Part shown: in pieces, positions 23,276 to 33,900 of the stretch
How positions within the stretch are numbered: the stretch's first letter is position 1
Layout: every line of letters starts with the position of its first letter
Assembly (NCBI GenBank): GCA_026936335.1
Contig: JAPMXV010000060.1
Location: forward strand, 248,001 to 312,000
DNA: 64,000 nucleotides
From: Mantamonas sphyraenae STR306
Taxonomy: Eukaryota > Protista > CRuMs
Direction: 5' to 3'
The notes under the pieces: model-generated
The model's database searches: none
What the model saw: only the letters and a program-made list of their open reading frames with translations
What the model was told of the DNA's origin: nothing
Translations under genes and position numbers: made by a program

Positions 23276-23431
23276 TGTGCTGGAGAGTGCGTTGTTGTGC
23301 TGGTTGCCATTGCGATGTCTCGTCGATGTCCACTCCACAACTACACCTTTACGGTGCCTGTCATCCACACTATGTACCAGAATAGCACCCCAAGCGACGG
23401 ATGGGGCAACAAGACCAGAAGAACCCCGTCC

Positions 23432-24472
23432 ATGTCCAAATCGGCTGTAGACGAAGGGGCTGTGGCCCTCTTGAGTTTGGAACAGAAGCAGCGACTGTTT
23501 CATCCCGACGACGTGTTCTTCCACTTTGTGCGTGGGGCCCTGCTGGACCAGGTGGTCCGTGAGGGCGCCGACGTGTGCGAGTTGTGGAACCCTGGCTATA
23601 TCAGTCATGCAACAGTGTACAAACCCCTGCAGATTTCATCGCTCACCCTCTGTGTGACCAAAGAAGAGCGAAAGGACGAGTTGGCCGCGTTTCTCGATCG
23701 TATCAGCGGTATGGAGCCCGAGCCGACGTTGGCTGTGTTGAATGCTGGTCAACCCCTGCTCGAGACGCTCGGACGTAGCAATGAGGAGCAGCTGGACTGC
23801 ATCACAGCCTTTCATGGGTTTGACCGTGTGTGGAAGGACGAGCAGACGGCAGATATCTTTCTGGCAGACATCGCAGCGTCGCTTAAACGCGGCGGCACGT
23901 TTGTCGGCATCACCTACGACGCTGCAGAGGTGTGGAGCAATTCACTGAAGGGGAAGCGGAAATCTCAGCACGACCCACGACGGGTGTTTGGTTCGTCGTG
24001 CCAGGTGATTGCGCCAGCTCAGATGACGGCGTTTGGCTGCGAAGTAGTTCTTCGCTCAGTGCGTGGCTCGTCGTACAAGGAACTGCGGGGCAACCTCGTG
24101 CAGTCGTCCACATTCATCAAAATGGCACGCCAGCACGGACTCCGGTGTGTGCATATGACCGACATGGTCAAGTTCTTTGGCGACAACGCGTCGCTCTACA
24201 GGGATTTGCTCAAGAATGTGTCCTACGCCAAGTCTGAGCTGGGCACATACACTGCCATCCACATGGTGTTTTGTTTTCAACGTGAGAGCGAAGAGGAAGA
24301 GGCGGAGCGACGCCTGCTGGACGAGGCACGGAAGGAAAGGCAAAGACGGGGCAAGAACGTCGGCGAGGAGAGCGATGCAGATCGCAATGCGACTGCTGAA
24401 GATAATGATCAAGAAGCACAGGATGGTGGCGAGGATGAGGAGGGAGATGGAGACGACATGGACATCGAATGA
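23432..24472 (+). CDS. mRNA cap guanine-N7 methyltransferase-like protein (resembles the plant-type second paralog), divergent
   Basis: FHFVRGALL...ADVCELW, DCITAFHGF, FLADIAASLKRGGTFVGITYDAAEVW, NLVQSSTFIKMARQHGL and HMVFCFQR follow the RNMT/Abd1 motif order. The start could be an upstream in-frame ATG such as 23372. Confidence 0.75.
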   Translation: MSKSAVDEGAVALLSLEQKQRLFHPDDVFFHFVRGALLDQVVREGADVCELWNPGYISHATVYKPLQISSLTLCVTKEERKDELAAFLDRISGMEPEPTLAVLNAGQPLLETLGRSNEEQLDCITAFHGFDRVWKDEQTADIFLADIAASLKRGGTFVGITYDAAEVWSNSLKGKRKSQHDPRRVFGSSCQVIAPAQMTAFGCEVVLRSVRGSSYKELRGNLVQSSTFIKMARQHGLRCVHMTDMVKFFGDNASLYRDLLKNVSYAKSELGTYTAIHMVFCFQRESEEEEAERRLLDEARKERQRRGKNVGEESDADRNATAEDNDQEAQDGGEDEEGDGDDMDIE

Positions 24473-24515
24473 GACATCGCAAAGGCAACCAGCACAACAA
24501 AGCACTCTCAACACA

Positions 24516-25616
24516 ATGGGCGAACAAGCATTCCGTGCCGAAGTGGAAGTCTTCCAGAAGTTGGAGCGAGGTGCGTGTGTCCCGCCTCCCCTCCTCTGCA
24601 CCCTCAATCCCATCCAGCACTGACACAGCCAGCCAACCCGCCGTGCAGATCTCGAGACGCAGCGTCAGAATCTGCAAACGCTGATTGCGTCCAAGAACGA
24701 GACCCAGCTGGTTCTTGATGTATGTGAATGCGCCAGTGATTGTGTGCCGTTGCATTGGAGGCGCGGTGTGTGTGTGTGTGTGTGGTAGAAAGCGGAGATG
24801 CAGAAGGGGGAGGCTGAAGGCTGGAGTGAAGGTGGGCGGGAAACGGCCGCCGTTCACAAAGTGGACACTGTTGGCTCAGTACACAGCCACCACACACCGC
24901 GTTTGCTGTCACACGTGCGCCCATAGACATGTGTGTGTGTGTGTGTGTGTGCATGCGTGAACGGCAATGGCGTGTGTCGGTGAAGCGGGTGAAGGAGGAC
25001 GCGGGTTGATCAACCGCCAACCGCTAGAGGCAACAGGCCTCAACGCGGTTGCTCCGCTCCCTTTTGTCAGCTGGACGGATACCACACGGCTGGTGTGCGA
25101 CCGCCTATGCGCACACCGGCCCTTGGAGCCACACATACACGTGGTCACTGACACGGCGGCGGGTTTGGCAACACACACACACACTCTCTCTCTCAGGAAC
25201 TGACGGGACTGGAGGATGAAGACGAGGTTTTCAAGCTTGTGGGACCAGTGTTGGTGCCGCAGGATCTGGACGAGGCACGCAACAATGTGAATAAGCGCCT
25301 GTCGCACATTGACGGCCAGATGTACGTCCTTTGCCGCACCCTGTCCTTGCGACCCAGCCATCCACACACAAAGCTGACACAGCCGTACACACCGGTGACA
25401 CCCCATCCACTTCCATTAGCGAGGCCATCGAGGAGCGCATGGAAACCATGCGTGCTTCGTCCAAGCGCAGCCAGGAAAAGGTACGTCCACGCCCGTCTCG
25501 TCGCTGGCTTGCCCACTCGCAGCAACAGCTCACCCTCCCGCTCCCTTCTCCTTGCTTCCTCTCAGCTCCAACGCATGCAGATGGAAGCCCAGCGTGCAGG
25601 CCAGAACCGCCAGTGA
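24516..25616 (+). CDS. PFDN6: Prefoldin subunit 6, copy 2
   Basis: Same five-exon structure and protein as copy 1; I saw one synonymous difference (ACG vs ACT). Confidence 0.92.
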
Positions 25617-25735
25617 ACGTGTGCAACCACTTCCACCGCAAAAAACACACCCTCTTCCCTCGCTCAATCAACTTGCAAACACAGACTGGTCCCCTTCAAT
25701 GAGTGTGTACATTCCTGCCCACAACATTTGGCCAT

Positions 25736-26595
25736 TTAAAGCACGCCAATGTTGCCAGCAACCTCCAGCGCGTCGTAGTCGCCAGCCAGCTTCACGAAAG
25801 CCTTCTTGCGGCCGTCCGGGCGGATCAGGGTGTTCACCTTGGCGCACTTGACCTCGTACAGCTTCCACATCGCCTCCTTGATGTTGTTCTTGTTCGAGCG
25901 CAGGTCCACAATGAACGTCAGCGTGTTGGTCGCCTCCATCTTCTGCAGAGCGTCCTCAGTCGTCACCGGGTACTGGATGATCTGGTACTCGTCAAACTTG
26001 GGCACCACCTTGGCGATGCTGCGCAGGTAGCGCGGAGTACGGCGCAGACGCAGAGTCTTGGGACGGTGGAACGTCGTCGACTTGTGCATTTTGCGCAGGC
26101 TCTTCTTCGTGCCGCGCGCCTGGGCGTTTGCTGCGCTGATGGCTGTGTGTGTCCAAACGTGTGGTGTGTCAGCCCATGCTCCCCGTCTTCTTCCGTCTTC
26201 TCCTGTCCACTTCCATTTCTCTCGCACCCTCCTCCCCCCGTTCCGCCGCCGCCAACACCCTCGCCCGCCTCGCATGCATTTTTTCCAGCATGCGCTCTGA
26301 GCCCCTCCACAGCCCACACTGTACACGCTATACACCTCCCGTCCACCTTCCCCTCTGTGCCCGTCTCCTCCACATCTCCTCCATCCCCTTCCGTCCTCAT
26401 CCGACCCTTCTGCCCACCCCTGCCGCCCGAAAACGCCGTTGGCCCAATCTCCTCTCCGGGGCCTCCCGCCACTTGCCACCGTCCCTGCACGCCCATGCCT
26501 CTTCCACACACATTTCCCTATCTCTCCTCCCATGCACACCCTCACTCTCCTTCTCTCTGTACACCTCTACACATCCTCATACCTTTCTTGACCAT
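25736..26595 (-). CDS. RPL23A: 60S ribosomal protein L23a (uL23), copy 2
   Basis: Same protein as copy 1; synonymous GCT vs GCA in KKAF. Confidence 0.97.
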
Positions 26596-26773
26596 GATTT
26601 GTTGCTGTGTTGTGTTGGGCGCACAACCGCACACCCACCTCCCACCCCTCCCGCACCCTCATCTTTCCCATGCAGCGTTTGCATCCCACGCTCCCCACTC
26701 CTACTCCCCCTTCTCCTCTTTCTCTCCATCTCGTTTCATCCCTCCCATCCACCTTGGCGTCATCTTTCTGCTC

Positions 26774-28123
26774 TCACAGGAGTTCCTCTCGCAGTCCCTG
26801 GCCCTTCTTGCCATCACCGCCACGTGGAGCACGGCTCGAGCGCATCGATCGCCCAGGGCGACGGCTTCTTTCGCTGCGCTCGGCGCTCATCTGCGCCAGC
26901 TTGCTCTCACGGGCTTCCATCTCATCGCCTCCGTCGCGAACACGGCGCCAGTGCCGATACCCTGCATATCCCAGGGCAAACAGGAAGCCAAAAAATGTCA
27001 GCGTGAAAGAGACAGCCGACGATGTGTCACCTGGCCCGATTGCCATCCCGATCATGGAACACACAGCTGCCCACAGGCACATGGCGTAGGTTGTCCCGCG
27101 CCACAGATTCACGGTCCACACGTTGCATGGCATCAAGCGTATGTTTGCCACCAACAGGACTAAGAAACACACTGTGATCATGGACATGATCACCCACACC
27201 CACTTTTCACCGCTGAAGAACGTGTAAAGCGCTGCAAGCAGGTACTTCACCTGGATCGACAGAATCATGAACGACGCCCTGTTTTTCACGTCGATCTCTC
27301 GCACCAACGTCCCGGCCGTCACCAAAAGCGTGGTAGGATAAAAGATCACCAACGCCAGCAGTGCCAAAATCGCGTACACCAGATGTGTGCCCTCCCAACA
27401 CGTGATCGAGCAATCCCGATCTAAAAAGATATGCCCTGGCTCGTATGTGCACGACAGCCACTGAAACATATTGTCGCAGAAGGGCAGATACATCAGAGGC
27501 GGCAGTTCAAACACAAGCAGCTCTCCCAGAAGCCGCAGCTTTGAGCTTCGTGGCAGGTCAATGGCCGCGTCTTTCAAGTCGTTCAGCCAGTCGATGTCCA
27601 GCATCACACCCGCAAAAAGTGCAATCAACATCATAGCGTAGAGCACAGAAATCGAAAACAGCACCCAGAACGAGAGGATGTCCGTCACCTTGTCGTGCCA
27701 GTCCAAAAACACCACGTTGAAAAACCACGATGTCCACGTCGGCGGCGGGGCCATACACTTTTCCCCCAAATGCAGGTTTGGCGGCTGTGCGTACGACACC
27801 AGTTGCAGCGCCTCCACTGCCACCACCACCACAATAAACAGGTTGCGCGGCCCATTCGGCAGCCGCGTTCGCTCCGGAGGTCGGAAAATCACGATCGTCT
27901 CCGCGTCGTCAAACTCGTCGTCCTCGTACGAGTAGTCCGACGCGTACGAGTACTCACTAAAGTCCGCGTCTATATCGTCCGTCTCGTACCGCAGCGCATC
28001 CTCCTCCGTCACTAGAAATCGCTGTGAGTACCACCACACCGACCCGCAACACAGCCAGTACAGCATGAACGGGATGCCCATCCCCAGCGCAGCAGCCAAG
28101 CCAGCATCCGTGGTTGACACCAT
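26774..28123 (-). CDS. Multi-pass membrane protein (TmcB/TRP-like transmembrane region)
   Basis: About 9 hydrophobic helices and a YLPFCDNMFQWLSC...DCSITCWEGTH loop motif of a kind common in protist multi-TM proteins. Likely ATG at 28123 (MVSTTDAG). Confidence 0.7.
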   Translation of the reverse strand: MVSTTDAGLAAALGMGIPFMLYWLCCGSVWWYSQRFLVTEEDALRYETDDIDADFSEYSYASDYSYEDDEFDDAETIVIFRPPERTRLPNGPRNLFIVVVVAVEALQLVSYAQPPNLHLGEKCMAPPPTWTSWFFNVVFLDWHDKVTDILSFWVLFSISVLYAMMLIALFAGVMLDIDWLNDLKDAAIDLPRSSKLRLLGELLVFELPPLMYLPFCDNMFQWLSCTYEPGHIFLDRDCSITCWEGTHLVYAILALLALVIFYPTTLLVTAGTLVREIDVKNRASFMILSIQVKYLLAALYTFFSGEKWVWVIMSMITVCFLVLLVANIRLMPCNVWTVNLWRGTTYAMCLWAAVCSMIGMAIGPGDTSSAVSFTLTFFGFLFALGYAGYRHWRRVRDGGDEMEARESKLAQMSAERSERSRRPGRSMRSSRAPRGGDGKKGQGLREELL

Positions 28124-28260
28124 CCTCGCAACTCTTGCACAACCGGCTTTCGCTTCCTTTGCATTGCCCTGCGCACAAAAAGGTCTCCTTTCCCAACGCC
28201 TGCGCAAACTCCCTCTTCAACGCATGCGCCGAGACCGTGAGAGCACAAAGACAATACATT

Positions 28261-29697
28261 TCATTTGCGTGTGTTTGCCCCCTTGTTCTGTTGCTGCACA
28301 TAGAAGCTCGCTCCCACTGCCGCTGCCGCCACCACCACCATCCCACCAAACACCGTCCAGTAACTCATCTCACCCTTCTTTGTCTTGCCTGCCACGCTGC
28401 CATCTCCTGCATCCTCGTCCTCGTCCTCGTCATCTTCTCCTAGCTCCTCCTCCTTGCGCCTCTGGGCGGCTGCACGCTTTTTGGCGAGTGCCTTCGGTGT
28501 CATGTCGTAGGACACCTTGGCATCATTGTGCTCCTGCAGAAACGACTTGACCGTGTCCACAACCACGCTTGCCTCCAGACTGCTCTCGCACAGGTCATCG
28601 TAGTTGAACATCCGGTCTGTGGGGTCGCCGTTCTTTGCCGTCGATTTCAACCCCAAGTACGCTCGCCACGAGCGAGAGTCGTCAAACACCCAGTTCGGCT
28701 CTGCGCCTTGCTTTTCCTCCAGTGCATTCAGTTGCTCTGCCAGAGGGCCAAGATCCACACGCGGTGCAGGCGACGCCGTCTGCATCCGCACGGCGGACTC
28801 GTACCGGTAGTACAACGCGTACGTGCGCTTCCACACAAGCAGCACTCGATAGTGCTTTGTGCGCAGAAACAGCTGCCGCAATGACAGGGTGCCCAGCACA
28901 TTCGGTGCCGTGACCACACTCAGATCCAGAGCCGGAAACTCCTCCACCTTTGCCGTCAACTCCAGCATTGTCTGGCTCATCTCGTCTGCAGCCACCATGG
29001 CCTCCACCTCTTGTCGGTGTGGACTGTCCTTGCTCACTTGTCCCTCGCTGCCCACCATGTCCTCCACAATCTGCAGCAACGGCGCAACCATCTCCCCGTC
29101 CGCGTTGTTTGGACCCTCCAGCATGGCCCGGTACATCTCTCCGGTCACCTGCAGTGCGCCCTCGCCACTGTGCTTCGCACGCAACCTGTCCGACTCGGCT
29201 TCCAGAACGTAGCAGATGCCTGCAGCTACACTGTCCTTTGTGTACCCAAAGTCGCCCATCCGCGCAACCTCGATCAGCACCTCCCGGTGTTTCAGTGCTC
29301 GCTCAGGGTCCAACAGCACGGCCAGGGCCACCACACCGTCCACGTCAAAGTGATCGTTCGTCACATACTTCACGTCCCGATACCGTGTGTGCACACTCTC
29401 GTCCTCCAGAAAGTTGAACGCCATCTCCGTGCTGAGATCCGCCCCTTCCTTCACGCTTTCGGGCAATCCCTCATACTGCTTTCCGTCCATGTGCGACAGA
29501 AGCATCGCCGTCGACTCGTTCTCCCAAAAGTCCCCCGCTGAAGCGTTCTCCTAGCGCGTCAGTGACAACAAGCCCGTGCTCTCCAGCTTTCCTCCCTCCC
29601 TTGCCTTCCCGAGCCCCTGCTTACCATCCACCAACATGTGCTTTTCTCCTCGTTCCAGCAGGTGCACCTCTTTGTACTCGAACGCAGGGTACAGCAT
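28261..29697 (-). CDS. DUF6687-like (DHH-phosphoesterase-related) protein with C-terminal tail anchor
   Basis: MLVD...LLSH...ADLSTEMAFNFL...VTNDHFDVDGVVAL...ARMGDFG...YRYES...PRVDLGPLAEQLNALE and a C-terminal TM. Exon 1 is 29697-29625 with a GTAAG donor; the in-frame acceptor is near 29538. Confidence 0.72.
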
Positions 29698-29764
29698 CAC
29701 GCCACTTGTTGTTTGGTTTGCCGTCGCCGGCGCAATCCAATTGGGCCTCGCAACAACCACCACC

Positions 29765-30931
29765 ATGTCCTCAAAGACCAAAATCCTGCTCATCATCGAC
29801 TACGACCCGTCTCACAACTGGTACGAACTGTTTGAGCGCATCACGCTGGACGACGGCAGCTCCATTGAAGTCCACCAGACGCAGTGGGCCGAGATGCAGT
29901 GCAACGTCACTCAAGAGGGCCTGTTTGTCGACATCCAACCTGCAGACTCGCCCATCTATGGCACGAACCAGAAGAATCAGCGCACCGTGCAGCCCGACTT
30001 TGTTTTGATCCGCAATTTTGCTCGGGCCGTCCACGAGCAGTCGTTCATGCACAACGTCCTCGCGTTCATCCATGCAGGCATCCCTGCGGTCAACAGCTTC
30101 GAGTCCATTTATTCTTGCATGGAGAAACCCGTTGTCTACGGGGCCATGCGGGCCATCCAACGCAAACTTGGCAAAGATGACGACGGCAACTGGGTGTTTC
30201 CGCTCATCCCGCAGAACTTTTATCCCAACGAGGCTGCAGGCACAGGGATGCCCTTCAAGATGCCCTCCACCCCAGCGGTGATCAAAGTCGGCAGCACGCA
30301 CGCGGGCTACGGAAAGATGCGTGTTCTCAACGACGACGACTACATGGATCTCCAGTCCATCCTGGTGCTCCACAACGACTACTTCACCACAGAGTCCTTC
30401 ATTTCCTCCTCCCACGACGTCCGTCTGCAGCGCATCAGCAGCAACCTGGATGGCGCCGAGGTTCACTACCGCGTCTTCAACAAGATCAGCGACAACAACT
30501 GGAAGGGCAACTGGGGCAACATCCGCTACGAGCAGGTGGAGGTGACTGCCTGGCACAAGCTCATTGCAGACGAATGCGCTGCTCTCTTTGGCGGCCTCGA
30601 GATTCTTGCCCTCGATCTTGTCCACGACACCTCCACCGACCGTGACGTCATCATCGAGCTCAACGACACCGCCATTGGCCTTTTTCACGAAGCCGAGGAG
30701 GAAGACACGGGCTACATTGTCCAGGCCGTCATTGAGAAGTGGAACGCGCACAACGCCGAGTTTCCCGACGACTCCACCTCGACCTTTGTGTCTGCGTCCT
30801 CCTCCTCCTCCACCACCACCACTACTGCTTCCAAGGAAAACCCCGTTCCCAAGGCCGAGGTCCTTCTCGACGAGAACGGCATTCCTCTGCCCCCGCCTCT
30901 TCCAAGCAACCAAACCGAGAACGACGAATGA
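29765..30931 (+). CDS. SYN: Synapsin-family ATP-grasp protein (C domain)
   Basis: KILLIID...NWYELF, PDFVLIRN, GIPAVNSFESIYSCMEKPVVY, FPLIPQNFYPN, VIKVGSTHAGYGKMRV, DVRLQRI, NWKGNWG and FGGLEILALD...IIELND. Confidence 0.9.
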   Translation: MSSKTKILLIIDYDPSHNWYELFERITLDDGSSIEVHQTQWAEMQCNVTQEGLFVDIQPADSPIYGTNQKNQRTVQPDFVLIRNFARAVHEQSFMHNVLAFIHAGIPAVNSFESIYSCMEKPVVYGAMRAIQRKLGKDDDGNWVFPLIPQNFYPNEAAGTGMPFKMPSTPAVIKVGSTHAGYGKMRVLNDDDYMDLQSILVLHNDYFTTESFISSSHDVRLQRISSNLDGAEVHYRVFNKISDNNWKGNWGNIRYEQVEVTAWHKLIADECAALFGGLEILALDLVHDTSTDRDVIIELNDTAIGLFHEAEEEDTGYIVQAVIEKWNAHNAEFPDDSTSTFVSASSSSSTTTTTASKENPVPKAEVLLDENGIPLPPPLPSNQTENDE

Positions 30932-30958
30932 AAGGAGAACCCAGGCATCCATTTGTGT

Positions 30959-33900
30959 TCACGCACGATCCTGTTCCTCCACATCCTCTCCTGTCTCTTC
31001 CATCACCGCAGACAGCTGCGGCAGCGGCACCGAAATGCTCATGGCCGTCCCCTGTGCACCACCGGTCTCGAGCGAACGGACAATGCGCACGACCACATCC
31101 ATCAGATGTGGCGCCGCGTCGTCCTTGCGCAGCCTATCCACCTGCGACACATACACCCGGCGTGTTTGCTCACCTTGCGCCGCCCAGTTGGCCATGCCTT
31201 GTTCCTCGTCCTCCTCGTCCTGCTCAAAATCGGTCACCACCAGCTCCAAAAACTCGTCACGCAGCTCCGACTCCACATCCATCAGCTGCTGCAAGTCAAA
31301 CTGACTCACGTGTGCAAACACATCGTCCATCTCACTCAGCGGACGGAATGTCAGCAGCGTCTTTGGCGGGCGTGTCTCGCCCAGCTTGAGCCAGTACAAT
31401 TCGTTCTCTGGCCTGTACGCACGACGCGCCAACGACAGCAACACATGTCCAAACGACATGTACCCGTGCAGACTCACGGGCACCCCACGCATGGCTCGCA
31501 TGCGCCTGTCCACATCGTCTGCGGTCGCGCTCACCGTCACGCCAAGCGGCGGATCCAGCTCCACTAGGAAAGCAGGCAGCTGACTCACGTGCAGCAGCTG
31601 GCTCGACCCAATGTCAAACTGCGTCCACACGTTTGTAAACACGCGAAGCACATCCTCCACCGATGGTGGCTTCAGCTTTCGTGCCTGGGCCATCATTGCT
31701 GCGTGTCGCACCATTTTCCAGCCCAGCTTTTTGCGCATACCCACCGCCGTCGTTCCGCTGCTGCTTCCCACACCCGTTCCTGCCGTGCTGTCCTCGTTTC
31801 CGTCCTCTGCGCTGCTCTCCTGCTGTGAAGTGTTCGACGCAGTCTTTTTGCGCTCGTCCTCCTCGTAGATCCCGCGTGCCGTCTCAAAGAACTCCTCTCT
31901 GTTCTCCTCGTCCGTGGCGTACAGGTCTGCAATGCTGAAAAACGACTCCATGGCCACAGCCTGCGCTGCTGCGTCCGCCTTTGCCTCGGCGTTTCCAGCC
32001 AAGCTGTATCCGCTGCTGGAATGGTTCAGGTTGCTGCGGCTGCTGTCCTGCACCTTGCGTCCACGACGCACAAATGCTCCCAGACCCGACCGCTTGCGTT
32101 CGGAGCGCTCGGACTGCTCAGCCGGATCGGTCCCTTGCATGGGAAACGCCTTCAGCAGTTGCGCCTCGATGCTTGCGCGCACGTCTCCGTCAGGCAGCTC
32201 CGTACCCATTCTGTGTTCGGTCAGTGCGTGCAGGCAGTGCTTGAACGACATGTAGCCCGACATCGACACCGGAATGTCCAGATACTGCATCAGCGCAACG
32301 ATCTCCGGCGCGCTTGCATCCTCGTCCAGGCCCAGTGGCACACCCAGCTCAAGCACAAAGCGCTCAAACTTGGTCACATGGATGTACTGCGTCGCACGCG
32401 GGTCAAATCGGCTCCACACCTCCATAAAGTGCGAAAAGTGCTCCTCGGTCACCATCGAGTCCTCTTTGCTCATCACCTCGGTGAAGTTCTCCAAAATGAC
32501 TGCAATGAACAGGTTGAGCATGATGAAGGACACCAGCACAATGAACGACAAGAAATACAGCAGCGCCCACGGGGTGCCGCAATCCACGCCGGGGATGCAC
32601 ATCGGCGGCTCCACCATCGCATCCAGCATGATCAGATGCCAGTTTTCGCCTGTGGACATGCGAAACAGCGTCAACAGCGAGCTGATAAAGGTGCGGAAGT
32701 TGGCACGCTCATTCAGGTTGTCCTGCAGACGCACAAAGCCAAACAGATTCATGCCCAGCACGGCGTAGATGAAAAAGAGCAGGAACAGCAGAGAGCCGAC
32801 GTTACCCAAGGAGCCCAGCGAGTACAGTAGGGTGTTGAACATGGTGCGTAGGCCCTTGGCTCGCTTGATCAAGCGAAAGATGCGCCCGATGCGAAACACA
32901 CGCAGCAGCGACGCTGCCACACCAGCTTCCACCAGCAGACCCACAATTGAGCCCACCGCAATCACAAAGTCAAACACATTCCACTTGTCAGCAAAGTAGC
33001 GCGCCGGACGCACCGCATAGTTCTTGGCGGCCACTTCCAACGCAAAAATCACCGTAAACACGAGGTTGGACAAGTCCAGAAACTGTGTGACCCACTCGGG
33101 CTGGTTGTACGAGCGCACGCTCATGATCAGCACGTTCAAGCAAATCAGCCCACCAATCAGGATCTCGAAGCGCTCGTGCGTCACAACCGCGAACACCGCT
33201 CGTCGCACAGGGTTCTTGGGCCGCTCGATCTTGCGCCGCGGCTTTGTGTGCAACAAGCGCTGTTGGGCCTTGACCCACGATCGTTGCGCCGAGTTGAGCA
33301 CGGAGAAACCGTCAAACTCCTCCTTGAGCTTGTTGAAATTGTCCGTGACCACACCAACAAACAGGTTGACCATGAAGAAGGAGGCAATCAGCACAAAGGC
33401 AATGAAGTACAGCGCGTTTTCCGGGTGGTTGTCCACAATGGGCTGTTGGTCCACACCGGCTACGTCGACGGTGTTGGTCATCATGGACGGCCAACCCTCC
33501 AGGGTCGAGGCGATAAACATCATCAGCATGGCGTTCAGGATGTTGTCAAAGTTGAACTGCTCGTTGGACCACACACGGTCAATGCTGCGTCTGCTCTCGG
33601 GCTCCACAAACTCGCCGATGCACTGGCTGCGATTGCGCACGCTCGGATCGTTGCAACGATACAACTGGCCCTTCCACAACTGCACGCCGAGGATGCCAAA
33701 GATCAGCCAGAACAGGGCGCACAGAAACAGCAGATTCACGATGGCAGGCACACTGCGAATGATGCAGTTGACCACCACACGCATCTCGGGCGCGCGTGAA
33801 ATGATGCGCAGAGGACGCAGCGTGCGCAACAGGCGCAGGATGCGCACCGTGTCCAGCTCTGCCCCTTCCACAAACACGTTGATCAGCGACGAGAGCACAA

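Larger units (their letters stand above)
21035..23332. repeat. Left arm of ~2.3 kb inverted duplication (RPL23A + PFDN6)
   Basis: Near-identical reverse complement of 24459-26760, with scattered SNPs and microsatellite length differences; the ORF track shows mirrored translations. Confidence 0.97.
24459..26760. repeat. Right arm of ~2.3 kb inverted duplication
   Basis: Reverse complement of 21035-23332. The inner boundary includes the last codons (MDIE-stop) of the RNMT-like gene. Confidence 0.97.

Noticed and set aside
22934-23431. Upstream part of the 512-aa ORF as a fusion to the RNMT-like protein
   Set aside because: It is antisense to PFDN6 copy 1 exons and introns, includes a CA microsatellite, and starts at GTG.
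21035-26760. Inverted arms read as terminal inverted repeats of a transposon
   Set aside because: The arms contain housekeeping genes with introns; I saw no transposase or target-site duplication.
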